Assembly (NCBI RefSeq): GCF_004010195.1
Contig: NC_057728.1
Location: 49,733,476 to 49,797,475 of the forward strand
DNA length: 64,000 nt
Direction of reading: 5' to 3'
Source: Chiloscyllium plagiosum
Taxonomy: Eukaryota
Shown here piece by piece: positions 35,451-49,524 of the stretch. The notes beneath the pieces were generated by a model. The model saw only the letters and a list, made by a program, of their open reading frames with translations. It made no database searches and was not told the DNA's origin. The translations under genes and the position numbers were made by a program. The stretch's first letter is position 1. Each line of letters opens with the position of its first letter.

Positions 35451-38400
35451 TCAGTGACCAAAGGCCAAGATATGACACACAGACAGCCACATTTTGGCAT
35501 TGTATTGTCATTAGCTTGCATCTGGTAATGGAGTCTGATCTGAGATGATCTAACAGAGTTGATGTGCCAACAGGTGAAGGATACAGTTTGAATAATCTAT
35601 GACTAAATTTGCTTGACCCCATGGGCAATGTCATTGCTGCAGCTTTTACAGAATGTTTCCTGCGGTAGAGAGATAACATTCACAGCCAAGCTAAATAAAC
35701 AAGGAACAAACTGACATACTACAAGCTGAATGCACATAGTGGGTGAGGGTACATCTGTCACCTGTAATGTTACTAACCCTCCCGGACTAGTCTGGAGTAT
35801 ACAGGGACAGAAGATTAATTTCCAAAACAGTAAAACCTGAAAGCAAATCTTCTGAGACAATAAAAACAAGTTTTGCTTTTTATTTGTTTGAGCACTTTTG
35901 TTATATAAAGTGCACTGGTGGTGGGGAAATAAGAGACAGGAGTCATCCAATCAGGTGATGAATAACACCTTTAGTGTCCAATCAGATGTGGGGAAGTTGG
36001 GTGATATAATGATGGATGGGTTAAATGACCATTTGGGGGGAAACATTGTGATGATTGATGTATCAGTCATCCAATGGCAGGAGGTGGGTGGCAGTGCAGC
36101 AGAGGGAATAATGGTGGTCATGTAATTTACTCCAGGAATATATCCCACAGGATTTGGCAACTGTTCTGGATAGCCTGGTGGAGTTGGAATCTGGATACTG
36201 TTTTATTTTGCTATCTCTTAATCAAATTTAGTTCTACAGTTTAAGGATTAGCAGAATTTCTGAAAATGTTAGTGTCTAGAATCCAGGTTTTTAGCAGGAG
36301 AAGGCATAAAACAAATCCATTTAGATTAATATTTAACAGAGAGTCAGGTGCAAAGTTTACAACACAGCTGACGCGTCTATCTATTATACTTGTGAAATAT
36401 TTATACTCATGTTTCCAGGGTGATGAATAAGAGAAGAACTTTTAAACAACTACATAATTCAATGGTGATTTTTGTGTTTGTTCCCTTTGAGTAGCTCAGG
36501 AGATAAGATTGTTCAGTTTTTGACCAAAAGAAAGGAGCAATTAATGCAGTTTAATGGCACCTACATATTAATTTGGAGGCCCAGACTAATGGTCTGAAGG
36601 CATTGGTTCACTCCTCCCCCAACCGAGTGCAGCTGGTGAAATTTTAAATTGAACTACACTGCTGTAGGTTTGGAGTCACATGTAGGCCAGACCAGGTAAG
36701 GACAGCAGATTTCCCTCCTTAAATGGTATGAATGAACCAAATGGGTTTCTGCAACAATTGACAATGATTATTCTATTACTCTAGCTATTAATTACTGATT
36801 ATTTTATTGAATTCAAATTTTACAATGTGCCATGGTGGGATTTGCCCACAGACAATTAGGGTCTCTAGATTATTAGCCTCATGACATAATTATCGTGACT
36901 AGTCTCATTGTGATAAATGAGAGATGGAATACAACTTCATCGTTGAAATATCATTGTGTTCTGGTGCGTGAGCCTTGAAGTGTCCTCACATTCCTGTGAT
37001 TTGATAATGACTCAACCAGAATACAAACATGTTTCAGTTTATGATGCCAAATTGGAATCACCCGTCACTCCTGTAAACTGTAGTTTACTTTGTGAATAAC
37101 TATATCCACTTTTCCAATAGATGTAATTCTCTTTCCTGTTACACTGGGGCAGACCCCAACATTACCAAGTTGGCAAAGCCACGTTATCTTCATTTAGAAG
37201 GAAGTGAGAGTCACATTGTCACAATCTGCAAAGCTTTCACCTAGGCCTGGGAGAGAGGCATTGCACATGCTGCTGATCCACAGGGCCTGTGCTCGAGAGA
37301 GTCCTGAACTCATTGGCCGCACACCAGCATCAAAACACATGGGAGTGGAGGGCAAATTCACCCCAAAACACCCAGGAACATTCAATCACTGGGGCACCGT
37401 CAGTAAGAAGGGGAGATGTCCTCTTAGTATTCTGTCATTCTATGATTCTATAACTTCATCAGCCTCTGTTCAAATAGTAATAGAGTGGAGATTCCTCCTT
37501 TTCCGTGTGTTTAAATAATTCACTGATTGGCGTAAGTAAATCAAATAAAGATGTCTCTCTGGATAACATTGTTCCTTATCATCTTACATCTACCCTATCA
37601 ACAAATCCCTTCGTAATCTCAATCTTTCTCGAGAAAGATTTTCAGTTTTCACAGTCATGTACTATATTTTCATCTGCTGGCGATGTTAGAAATATGAATG
37701 TCTTGCCAGAGGGAAATTAATCAAGCAGAAAATGACAGATTTTCATGTTAAGATTCAGTCCCCACCCTTGGGAAGAGTTGCTCATTGCTGCATATGCTCC
37801 AATGCCTTGCTATAGTGTCAGGTTTAAATCCATGAATTAGTGAGTGTTGTGCGTGAATTCAGAGAAGGCAAGAATCTGGCTTCTTGCCCCACTGCACCCA
37901 GCAGTCATTTACCTAAAGGGATAGGCCCAGATTTGAATTTGTTGGGAGTTACTTTTCCCTGCCAAAATGAATTATTTCACCACATTGAACTTCGTCACTA
38001 CTGCTTAGAATGATTAAAAAAAAAATTGCTGAGAAAACCCGCAGCACCTACAGAGTTAGAAACAGTGTTGACAGGCTGAATGTTATCAGGAATTCGTTAA
38101 GTGTCAAGTTTCATGAATAGGTTTCTCTCTGTGACCCTAGCGAGTTTTCTCTTACTGCCTCCCCTACGTCAAATAAAAGCAAAATGCTGCCGATGTTGGA
38201 AATCTGAACAAAACTCAGAAAGTGCTGGAGAAATTCAGCAGGTCTGGCAGCACTTGTGGAGAGGGAGCTAATGTTAAGTCCAGTGTGACTTTCTCTTCAA
38301 ACTGTTTTCATCAGAACTCTCCCAGAACTCCATCATTATGAATGCTTCCAGACTCTATGGCATCCATTCATCATATTCTCCCACTTATTGCAGGCAGGAT

Positions 38401-40405
38401 TCCCGGGATTCTTGTTTCCCAACTATGCTCAAGCAAAGACAGTTTGCAACTGCCTTGCATGGTGCCACCTTACCAGGAAATGCCAGCCAAATAGAGACTG
38501 GTTATCTTTGGGAGCTGTTGATCAGCACTGGAAGCCTACCCGATCATCATCCAACCGTGATGTTGTCAGTCCCTTGTCTCTGGGTCTTATGGGCAGATGG
38601 AGCACAAAGAAGGGCAGTAGTGGGTGGCTTTCAGCTGTGACCCTCTTCCTCACCATCCGTGCCCTTGATTGCCTCAGCTAACAGCAAATAGAGTGCCCCT
38701 CCTCCTCCCCAACACAATTTAGTGGGGAGGTCACCCTGGCTTCCTAGTTAGGCAACAAACCACTTTTCTCACCTACAAGGGAGGCAGGTTATTGGTCCAA
38801 TGACCATGAATCGGACACTCAAGGGCTTTAATTGCTGAGAAGGTGACCCATGGTCTCTGTGGTGCTGAGGTGACAGAGAATGGGCAAGTGCCACTCCTGA
38901 GCCAACTTGCCCACTTCCTTGCTCTTTTCACCACCTTCCTCGCCACCTCCAAGGAGGGGGAAAATTGCACCGGGAACAGCATTGCAGAGCAAAAAGGTCC
39001 TTACGCTGTTACGCTGAATAAGACCTGCCCTAATGTTATTAGTGGGCTTAATGAATGATTCAATTGCAATTTCATGAAACTGACAAGACTTGTCGAGGGG
39101 TGAGCTGCCAATTTAGTGAGGCTGATGCCACATATTGTCCAGTAAATTGTAACGATTCACAGCTCACCAAGAATCTCTCCCTCTGGACGGTCTACAAATG
39201 CTGTAGAACTCGCCATGATTTTGCCAACAAGTCCTAGGGCCAGTATATTTGTTCAGAACTCCTGTGCCCACTAATTTGAGCATGGTTTTTAAAGGAATTA
39301 GAATATCGAACCAATGAGTTCCATTCAGACATAAGATGATGTTCTTTGGTAAAAGTACCGAAAACCCATAAAGATCTCGGACTATGACTGCTTCATCTCC
39401 TTTGTGCAGTGTTTACTGTCTCCCTCCTCACCTGCTGGTTTAAGTTTGGGCTCAGTGCCATTCAGGTATTGGTGACTCGCCCTTATCATCAGCGTGTCTC
39501 AACATGGCTTGTGAGTCAGCAACCAAACAGTTGCCTGGGAGAATACAGTCAGTTGCTATTTAGCAAAGCTCAAATACAGAGTTAAAGATGGGAGACAGGG
39601 GTGTAGCTAGAGGACAAATTATGAGAAAAGTGTTTGCAGTGTGTGAGTCTCACCTGCCAGATCTTTGGGAACGCAAAACAGCGGCTGATTGTTTTGCAAC
39701 ACCTTTAGCATTGAGCACATGGGCAAAGCGTTTGTATTACTTTAAGGCAGAGAGAACTTAGAGCAGCTGGGATTGTTCTTCTTAGAGCAAAGAATAAAAA
39801 AGGAAGATATAATAGAGGTGTTCAGAACAATTTATAATTATGAACAGTTTTTTAAAAATTGGTTCAGGGAGTGGGGCTTGTTGACTGGACCAGCATTCGT
39901 TCCCATGAGGTGGGAGGGAACTCCATGATTTTGACTCCTATGACACTGAGGGAACAGCAATATATTTCCAAAGTCAGTGTCTTCAAGAGGATCCTGAAAA
40001 TGGCGGTGTTTCCATATACCTGCTGTCCTTGTATTTAATTAATTAAGGAGAAATTATTTCCATTAGGTGGCAGATGGGTCAGTAACCAATGGTCAAAGAT
40101 GTTAGATAACTGCGAAAAGAACCAGGGAGGTGATGAGAATGATTAATTGCAGCAAATTGGTTTGCCATGTACTGCCTGAAATGACATAGAAAGAAAGTCA
40201 GTAATAACTTTCAAAAGCAAATTGCATAAATACTTGAATAGGAAAACATTTGCAGGGAAGAGAGACAAAGAGATTGCAGAAGAAAGATGACCCGAATGGT
40301 CCCACGATTCAATGAAAGCTGCTTGTCCTAGAGGGAGAAATCTTTGGCCCTTGTGCTTCTCCTATTTCTAGATCTCTATTCCATCACCGTTAACCCTCCC
40401 CTCTG

Positions 40406-42094
40406 AACACAGAACACAGAACAATACAGCACAGAACAGGCCCTTCGGCCCACGATGTTGTGCGAACTTCTAACCTAGATTAAGTACCCATCCATGTACC
40501 TATCCAAATGCCGCTTAAAGGTCGCCAATGATTCCGACTCTACCACTCCCACGGGCAGCGCATTCCATGCCCCCACCACTCTCTGGGTAAAGAACCCACC
40601 CCTGACATCACCCCTATACCTTCCACCCTTCACCTTAAATTTATGTCCCCTTGTAACACTCTGTTGTACCCGGGGAAAAAGTTTCTGACTGTCTACTCTA
40701 TCTATTCCTCTGATCATCTTATAAACCTCTATCAAGTCACCCCTCATCCTACGCCGTTCCAACGAGAAAAGGCCGAGAACTCTCAACCTATCCTCGTACG
40801 ACTTCCTCTCCATTCCAGGCAACATCCTGGTAAATCTTCTCTGCACCCCCTCCAAAGCTTCCACATCTTTCCTAAAGTGAGGCAACCAGAACTGCACACA
40901 GTACTCCAACTGTGGCCTAACCAAAGTCCTGTACAGCTGCAACATCACTTCACGACTCTTGAATTCAATCCCTCTGCTAATGAACGATAATACTCCATAG
41001 GCCTTCTTACAAACTCTATCCACCTGAGTGGCAACCTTCAAAGATCTATGTACATAGACCCCAAGATCCCTCTGTTCATCCACCTGACTAAGAACCCTAC
41101 CATTAACCCTGTATTCCACATTCTTATTTGTTCTTCCAAAATGGACAACCTCACACTTGGCAGGGTTGAACTCCATCTGCCACTCCTCAGCCCAGCTCTG
41201 CATCATATCTAAGTCCCTCTGCAGCCGACAACAGCCCTCCTCACTGTCCACAACTCCACCTATCTTCGTATCATCTGCAAATTTACTGACCCACCCTTCG
41301 ACTCCCTCATCTAAGTCATTAATAAAAATTACAAACAGCAGAGGACCCAGAACTGATCCCTGCGGAACTCCACTTGTAACTGGACTCCAGGCTGAATATT
41401 TACCATCTACCACCACTCTCTGCCTTCGACCAGTTAGCCAGTTTTCTATCCAATTGGCCAAATTTCCCTCTATCCCATGCCTCCTGACTTTCCGCATAAG
41501 ACTACCATGGGGAACCTTATCAAATGCCTTACTAAAATCCATGTACACTACATCCACTGCTCTTCCCTCATCCACATGCTTGGTCACCTCCTCGAAGAAT
41601 TCAATAAGACTTGTAAGGCAAGACCTACCCTTCACAAATCCGTGCTGGCTGTCCCTAATCAAGCAGTGTCTTTCCAGATTATCCTATCCCTCAGTACCCT
41701 TTCCATTACTTTGCCTACTACAGAAGTAAGACTAACAGGCCTGTAATTCCTGGGGTTATCCCTATTCCCTTTTTTGAACAGGGGCACAACATTCGCTTCT
41801 CTCCAGTCCCCTGGTACCACCCCCGTTGCCAGTGATGACGAGAAGATCATTGCCAACAGTACTGCAATTTCTTCTCTTGCTTCCCACATAATCCTAGGAT
41901 ATATCCCGTCAGGCCCCGGGGGACTTTTCTATCCTCAAGTTGTTCAAAATGTCCAACACATCTTCCTTCCTAACAGGTATCTCTTCTAGCTTACCAGTCC
42001 ATTTCACACTCTCCTCTTCTACAATACGGTCCCTCTCGTTCGTAAATACTGAAGAGAATTACTTGTTCAAGACCTCTCCTATCTCTTCCGAAGA
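40406..42094 (-). mobile_element. Young 5'-truncated CR1 (HER1-like) LINE with a 395-aa open RT frame
   Basis: ORF 40475-41662 with QHGF, DFSKAFDKV, GVPQGSVLGP and FADD motifs; upstream frame 41659-41889 NYRPVSLTS; (TTCTGTG)-type tail; possible TSD CCTCTG (40400-40405 and 42095-42100). Confidence 0.95.
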
Positions 42095-42629
42095 CCTCTG
42101 TATTCTTCAGAATTGGGACAGGTATCAATTCTGTTTTATTTCCTCAGGCTCTGCTTGAGATTTTCTCGAAGGTACTTTTTGATTTCAAGGCTAATGCCTT
42201 TTCGTTATCATGGACTCATTTTTAACTGCTGCAGTTTCGTAGTAGCAGCACTTCCTGCATTTGATATATGGGGTATCTGAACTCTGACCAAAACAGAAAT
42301 AGAAGAACTCTATTATCTTCAACTGTCACTACTCCATTAAATTTAGAGCCACAAGTCACAGGAAAGCATTGATTTCCCAGGCACCACGGTATTTAAATTG
42401 GCACAGACAACAGGCAGAAGGTGACAACAAATGTTTTTTTCAAAATGACTGACATGTCTACATACACAAGGCCATCACCCTAAGCCCACCTTCCACAGAC
42501 AGATGAGGTCATAGCTAATGTGTTTCCATTGCACATTCATAAAGCTGATCGATTTTAACCAGCCATTTCAAGCTATCTCTGATTTCAATCTCAGCTTTAA
42601 TTTAACAATTACAATATCTACCCTCTATG

Positions 42630-43620
42630 TGTAGGTCTGAAGGAGATTGGTGAGGTCCTCAATGAATATTTATCCTCAGTGTTTACTGTGGAGAAAGACA
42701 TGAAAGACTTGGGAACTTGGGGTACTGGTCATGTGTTGGGGACAGTCCATGTCACAGTAGAGGAGATGTTGGATGTATGAGGATGTATGAAGGTGGATAA
42801 ATCTTGTGATCCTGACCAGGTATTTCCAAGAACACTGCAAGAGGCTAGAGAACAAATTGCTGGGCCCCTGGCTGATATTTTTGCAACACTGTTAGTCATG
42901 GGCAAGGTCCTGGACGACTGGAGGATAGTAAATGTTGTGACCTTTATTCAAGAAGGGCTGCAAAAAGAAATTCCGAGGAACTATAGACCAGTAAGCTTAA
43001 CATGTAGTGGGTAACTTACTTGAGAAGATTCTGAGGGATAAGATATACAGGAATTTGGAAAGATAGGGCTTGATTAAGAATGATCAGCATGACTTAGTGC
43101 AGGGGAGATCATGCCTCACAGATTTGTTAGAGTTCTTTGATGAAGTGACCAGGAAGGTTGATGAGGGCAGGGCAATAGATGTAGTCTATATGGATTTCAG
43201 TCAGGCCTTTGATAAGGTTGCACATGATAGGCTACTCTGGAAGGTTAGATCACACGGAATCCAGGGTGAGCTGGCAAATTGAATACACAATTGGCTTGAT
43301 CAAGGAGGAAAGGGCAGTAGTTTAAGGTTAGAGGGGAAAGAATAAAAGTGAACCTGAAGGGCAGCTTTTTTTTATAACACAGAGGTGCATATTCCATGCA
43401 AATGGAATGAGCTGCCTGCAGAAGTGGTTGAGGTGGGTACATTAACAACATTTAAAAGGCATTTGGACAAGTACATGGATAGGAAAGATTTAGAAGAATA
43501 AGGACTGAGTGCAGGGAAATAGGGTTAGCATTGATGGACATTTTGATCGGCATGGACCAGGTTGGGCCAAAAGGCCTGTCTCCGTGCCGTAGGACTCTTA
43601 ACTCTAGGACTCTATGACTC
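42630..43620 (+). mobile_element. Internally deleted CR1 LINE
   Basis: NYRPVSLT and DVVYMDFSQAFDKV motifs, then a jump to the 3' end with a (GACTCTA)-type tail. Confidence 0.85.
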
Positions 43621-45974
43621 TTGCAGTTTTCATTTTCCCTCCTGCCCACTCCTCCTACACTTGCAACCTTCTTACTCCCTCTAGTCTCCCTTCCACCTTT
43701 AATTCACCTCCATTTCCACCAGCCACCCCCACATCCTCCCTCTCTCATGTCCTCTGTCTGTTTTCCATTCTCCAACCCTCTAGCCTAACAACATCCACAG
43801 TGACCTCTTCTGTCTCTTTCACCATCGCAGCTTTCCTCACTCCCCTTTCTCTGACTCTGCCACCCTCTGTGTCTCACACACCTCTCAAGTCTTGTGAATC
43901 CACTCTACTACTGCACACCTTCTTCCTCCAATCACTGGCTTGTTCTGTCCAGTGGTTGCTGCTAATTGGCTCACTACTTAGCCTACCAGCAGTAAGCAAT
44001 AATAAGGGAGAGTCTCTGACTGGAGGAGGTAGTCTCAGAATAAAGGGGCCTGAATTTAAGACTGAAATGGGGAGGTATTTCTCCTCTCAAAGGGTTGTAG
44101 GTCTTTGGAACTCCTTGACACAGAAAGCTGTGGAGGTAGAGTCCTTGTGTATATTTAAGGCTGGGATAGATGTATTTTTGATCAGTCATGGATGAAAGGT
44201 TACAGGGAAAAGTCAGGAAAGAGAATGTGAGGAATATCAGATCAGCCATGATCCTATTGAATGGTAGAGCAGGCTTGAGGGGCTGAATGGCCTTCTCCTG
44301 TCCCTATTTCATATGGTCTTTTTGAAGCAGCCTGTCATTCCAGTGCAGGCTCTCTGAAGGAGCTGTTGCCCAATTAGTCCCACGTCCCTGCTCATTCCCC
44401 ACAGATCTGCAGTTTCTTTGTTATCATTTCAATTCTCTTTCAGAAGTTACGACCCAATCTGCTTTCACTGTTCGTTCAGGCAGTGAATTCCCGAATACCA
44501 TTTGCTTCCTTTATTTAAAGAGTTTCCTCAGTTCTCTGTCAGCTTGGAAAGAAGTCTCATTTGCACTGTTCAAACGGTTCACACATTTGAATACATCCAT
44601 CAAATCCCTCCTGCTCTGCTCCCTCCAACCTTGCTCTCTGCTTAAAGGAGAACATGGCCTAGTTCTTCAGCCTCTCCATGTAACTGGTAGTATGCTAACA
44701 AGCCAGTCAACCCCAATATTTCATTGCCTATAGCAGATTCGTAGCGGACTTGACTGGGTTGTTTCCCCTGTGGGAGAGTCTAGAACCAGAAAGCATAATC
44801 TCAGATTAAAGCATCACCCATTTAAGACACAGATGAGGAGGCATTCTTCTCTCAGAACATACTGAATCTGTAGAATTCTTAATCATAGAGGGCTGTAGCA
44901 GCTGGGTTGTCAAGTTATATTCAAGGCTGAGATAGATCGATTGTTAATCAGGAAAGGAGTCAAGGGTAATGGGGAAAAGGCAGAAAAGTGGAGCTGCGGA
45001 TTATCAGATCAGCCAGGATCTCACTGAATGGCAGTTCAGATACAATGGGCTGAATGGCCTAATTTTGTTCCTGCTTCATACGGTCTTTTAATATGGTTGG
45101 CATGAGCAGGCTGTATGTAGGCTGTTTCTTATACCTAACATAGCATGGTTCGGAAGGGGTACATGATACTTCAGCAGGAACACTAATACCTTCTTGAGAC
45201 TGAAACCACTGGAAGACATGTGTCTTTATATTCAAGTTATTACAGCAAGAAAGGGTTGGAGCTACGCTACAGTTGGATTGCAAAATAATGGTCAGATTAC
45301 ACCTGGAGTGGCTGTGTTTAGGCATTGGCACCACACCACAAGGAGGAGACAGTGGTTCTGGAGAGAGGGCAGCAGAGAGTAACTAGATGGTGGTGGGGCT
45401 GAAAGAGTTAAATGGATGATAACAGAATGCACGTAGATAATTTAGGGTGATCTAATTGATGTATTTAAGATAATTAAGGGATTGGATAAGACAGATTGAG
45501 AGAAACCATTTCCTCTGCTGGGGAGTCTAAAACAAGGAGGCACATGTTTAAAATTAGAAGTTTCAAACCATAAAATCAGGAAGCACATCATCACATAGGG
45601 TGTGGTTACAAAGGATTCTGCCCACAGCTTATTATGAAGAGTTCTCTACTGTGCGAGTACTGAGTATGAACAGTTAACAGCTGAAATGCGTCAACACATT
45701 GAGGATCAGAACAGGAACCTTAACGTTTGCAAGTGAAGGAAACTTGCCTGAATTTTCCAGCTGAAACTTCTATGCACATAAACAACTCCTCACTAATTCT
45801 CAATACTGTGGTGGGGAGCCCATTGGAATCTCATTGAAATCAAAAGCTTAAGCCAGCCAATTGCAGTCTCCATTGTGTGGCCAGGCAGAAAACTGAAAAC
45901 CTCCTTCCCCACACAGTCTCACAGCATAAAAGGAGGCTGTTTGGCCATCATGCCCATATGACTTTTTGATAGAA

Positions 45975-46875
45975 TATTTATATACATAAATGATTTGGAG
46001 GAAGGTATAGCTAGTCTGATTAGCAAGTTTGCAGACGACACTAAGATTGGTGGACTAGCAGATAGTGTTAGAGAATACAGCAGAGTATAGATAGATTGGA
46101 GAGTTGGGCAGAGAAATGGCAGAGGGAGTTCAATCCGGGCAAATGTGAGGTGATGCATTTTGGAAGATCCAATTTGAGAGTGAACTATACAGTAAAGTCT
46201 GAGGGAAAATTGACGTACAGAGAGATCTGGGTGTTCAGGTCCATTGTTCCCTGAAGTTGGCATTGTGGGTCGATAGAGTGGTCAAGAAGGCATATGGCAT
46301 GCTTTCCTCCATTGGATGGGGTTTGAGTACAAGTGTTGGCAGGTCATGTTACAGTTGTATAAGACTTTGGCTCGGCCACATTTGGAATATTGCGTACAGT
46401 TCTGGTTGCCACATTACCAAAAGGATGTGGATGCTTTGGAGAGGGTGTAGTGGAGGTTCACCAGGATGTTGCCTGTTATGGAGGGCACTAGCTATGAAGA
46501 GAGGTTGAGTAGATTAGGATTATTTTTATTAGAAAGATGGAGGTTGAGGGGGGAACCTGATTGAGGTCTACAAAATCATGAGAGGATTAGACAGGGTGGA
46601 TAGCAAGAAACCTTTTCCCAGAGAGGGGAAATCAATTACAAGGGGTCATGAGTTCAAAGTGAGAGGGGAAAAGTTTAGGGGAGATATGCATGGAAAGTTC
46701 TTTATGCAGAGGGTGGTGGTTGCCTGGAACGCATTGTTAGTGGAGGTGGAAGAGGTGGGTACAATAGCGTCATTTAAGATGTATCTAGACAGATACATGA
46801 ATGGGCAGGGAGCAGAGGGATATAGATCCTTAGAAAATAGGTGATAGGTTTAGACAGAGGATATGGATCAGTGCA
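45975..46875 (+). mobile_element. CR1 LINE 3' fragment
   Basis: KFADDTKIGG motif; MRGLDRVDSKK...FKMYLDRYM. Confidence 0.85.
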
Positions 46876-47819
46876 AGCTTTGTTCTTTGCCTAATTAGTT
46901 CCACTGCCCCTGCACCTCCCCCTTTGAATCTGATTATTACTGAATTCAAGACCATTTGCCCAAGCATTTGAAATTCCTAAGCATTTCACAAGCAATATTT
47001 GGGCTGAAATCTGCCACAAATCACATTACTTCACTTGATATTCTATTTGTTTGTTGTTGGAGAAGTGGTGATGTAGAGGTAATGTTGCTGAATTTGTGTT
47101 TTCCAGAGACCCAGGTTAAATACACTGAGAAAATGATTCAATTCCCATCATACCAGCTGGTGAAATTTAATACCAAGTTATAAAGCTGGTCTAAGCGTGA
47201 CAACTATTGTCAATTGTTGCAAAAATTTCATCAGCTTCACTTTTAGGGAAGGTAATCTGCCAATCTCACCTGGTCCAGCCTTCATATGACACCAGGCATA
47301 TTCAGTGATGTGGTAGACTCTTAAGTGCCCTCCAAAATGGCTGACCAAACCACTCAGTTCAAGACGGGCAACAAATGCTTTTGGAGCACTGTTCACAGAA
47401 AGAGTATCGAGGTAAAGTATTAACTGTGCTCTGGCAATCCTATGTTTCCTACAACAAAAACTATTGAATGCTGTTGCAGCAAGAATGCCCGAACAGGCAA
47501 CTGTGAAATGGTCCAGTTAATTCCATCTGCACCATCCCCCTCATAGTGCTCATCAATTCTTCCATTTTCAAATATTTATCCAATTTCCTTTTGAAACTTG
47601 TTGTTGAAACCACTTTCCACTGCCCTCTCACAACGTGCTGGTTAAGAAAACTCTTCTCGTTACTCCCTCTGGTGCTTTTTCTACCATCTGATGCCCAGAT
47701 TCCCCGGTTGCTGGGATCTGTACTATTTGACCTGGCGGTGTGTGCAGGCCAAGGGCTCAGTTGATCGTTCTTTTTGAAGTCCCCCATTGAGCCCAAAAAA
47801 ATCAAGGCAGAGAACTCCA

Positions 47820-48110
47820 GGGTCGTACTGAGGGTGTCCTGCATTGTCTTTCAGGTGAAAGGTTAAACTGAGGTCCTGACAGATGGGTGAGAAGGTCCCG
47901 CAGCACAAAGATAAACACAAGAGGTGTCCTGACTGATGTTTAACCCGCTATCAGCTGATTGTTTGGAATTAATCATATTGCTGTTTGTGGGAGCTATCTG
48001 TGCACATATTGTCAGTGAGACTACAGCATTGGCTACAATTCATAAATACGTTGATGGCTACAAAGTGATTTGGAGCATCCAGTGGCTGCAAAAGGTGCTA
48101 CATAAATGCA
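47820..48110 (+). mobile_element. Old DeuSINE-like (SacSINE1-like) fragment
   Basis: GTACTGAGGG...GTCTTTCAGGTGA.A.GTTAAACTGAGG resembles the Deu domain; family assignment from recall. Confidence 0.45.
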
Positions 48111-48804
48111 GGGTTTGTTTAAAAGGTGGGCTCCATGCTGCACTCATACTTGCAATGATACAACAAAGTTCCCAGCCTTTGATAGCACAGAAATACAGCG
48201 CTTGGTTGACAGGTTGTGGTTGGCATGCCCTCTCATATTTCACACCAGAAACTGGAAGCCAACTTTGAGACCACGCCACATGAAAGGTTTGCCTTTTATC
48301 ATAGCTCTGCACCTGTGACCACTTTTTTAAAAAATAGATTGCAGAATGCAAAATGAAAGCAGAAGGTGTCTCTAGGCAAACGTTTTCATGAAAGCCAGAA
48401 GTGAAGGGAGCCACCTAGTTAGGTTCTTGATGTGGATTAAGAGAACATGTTTCTCTTTGTTATATCAGGGCGGATAAATCATATAATGTCTGACCTAAAG
48501 AAAATTCTACAGAACCATTCATAGATTAAGGACGTTTCAAAGTACTTTACAAGAAATAAAACAAAATCTTTTCATGTAGAAAACCACAGTCACCACTTTA
48601 CACAGCACAAGATTCCAGGAAAAGCAAGTGTGACACAATCAGATACTCTCTGCTTAGGTATTACCAAAGGGATAAATCCTGGTCTGTACACCTGGGAGAA
48701 TTCCCAAACTTTGCTCTAAAATAGCGGTCCTTGGAATTTCTATACTTTCACCTGAGAGGGCACATCAAGCAAGGATTCAATATCTCACTGGAAAAAGCAC
48801 ATCA

Positions 48805-49455
48805 CACAGTGTGGTGCTCCCTCAGACCTGGCGCTCCCAGAGTGTGGCACTCACTCAATACCGACCCACCAACAGAGTGCCACTACCTCTGTACTGACCT
48901 GCTAACCGTGCCGGTCTGCTTCAATACTGACCTTTCAAAAGTGCAGCGCTCTCTCAGCACTGACCCTCCGACAATGCGGGACCCCCTCATTAATGACCCT
49001 CTGACAGCGCAGCACTCCCTCAGCACTGACCTTCCGACAGTGTGGCACTCCCTCAGTACTGACACTCTGATGGTGTGGCACTCCCTCAGTACTGACCCTC
49101 CGACAGTGCAGCACTCCCTCAGCACTGACCTTTCGACAGTGTGGCACTCCCTCAGTACTGACACTCTGATGGTGTGGCACTCCGTCAGTACTGACCCTCC
49201 GACATTGCAGCACTCCCTCAGCACTGACCCTCCGACAGTGTGGCATTCCCTCAGTACTGACCCTCTGACAGTGCGGCACTGCCTCAGCACTGACCTTCCG
49301 ACAGTGTGGCACTCCCTCAGCACTGACCCTCCGACATTGCAGCACTCCCTCAGTACTGACCCTCCGACATTGCAGCACTCCCTCAGCACTGACCCTCCGA
49401 CATTGCAGCACTCCCTCAGCACTGACCCTCTGACAGCGCAGCACTCCCTCAGCAC
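48805..49455. repeat. 33-bp minisatellite, about 19 units, embedded in a DeuSINE-like element
   Basis: Same unit as 12727-13001; left flank CACCTGAGAGGGCA...TCAATATCTCA..GAAA resembles the antisense Deu domain. Confidence 0.9.
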
Positions 49456-49524
49456 TGCTCTGGGAGTGCAGGATGCATTTTGAGCTTAAATAAACATCGA
49501 AGGAGCTGTGGATGCAGTAAATCA

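Noticed and set aside
41157..41729. 190-aa plus-strand ORF
   Set aside because: Antisense shadow of the CR1 RT frame.
43614..44195. 193-aa Ser/Pro/Thr-rich ORF
   Set aside because: Pyrimidine-rich low-complexity DNA fused to a CR1 3' fragment.
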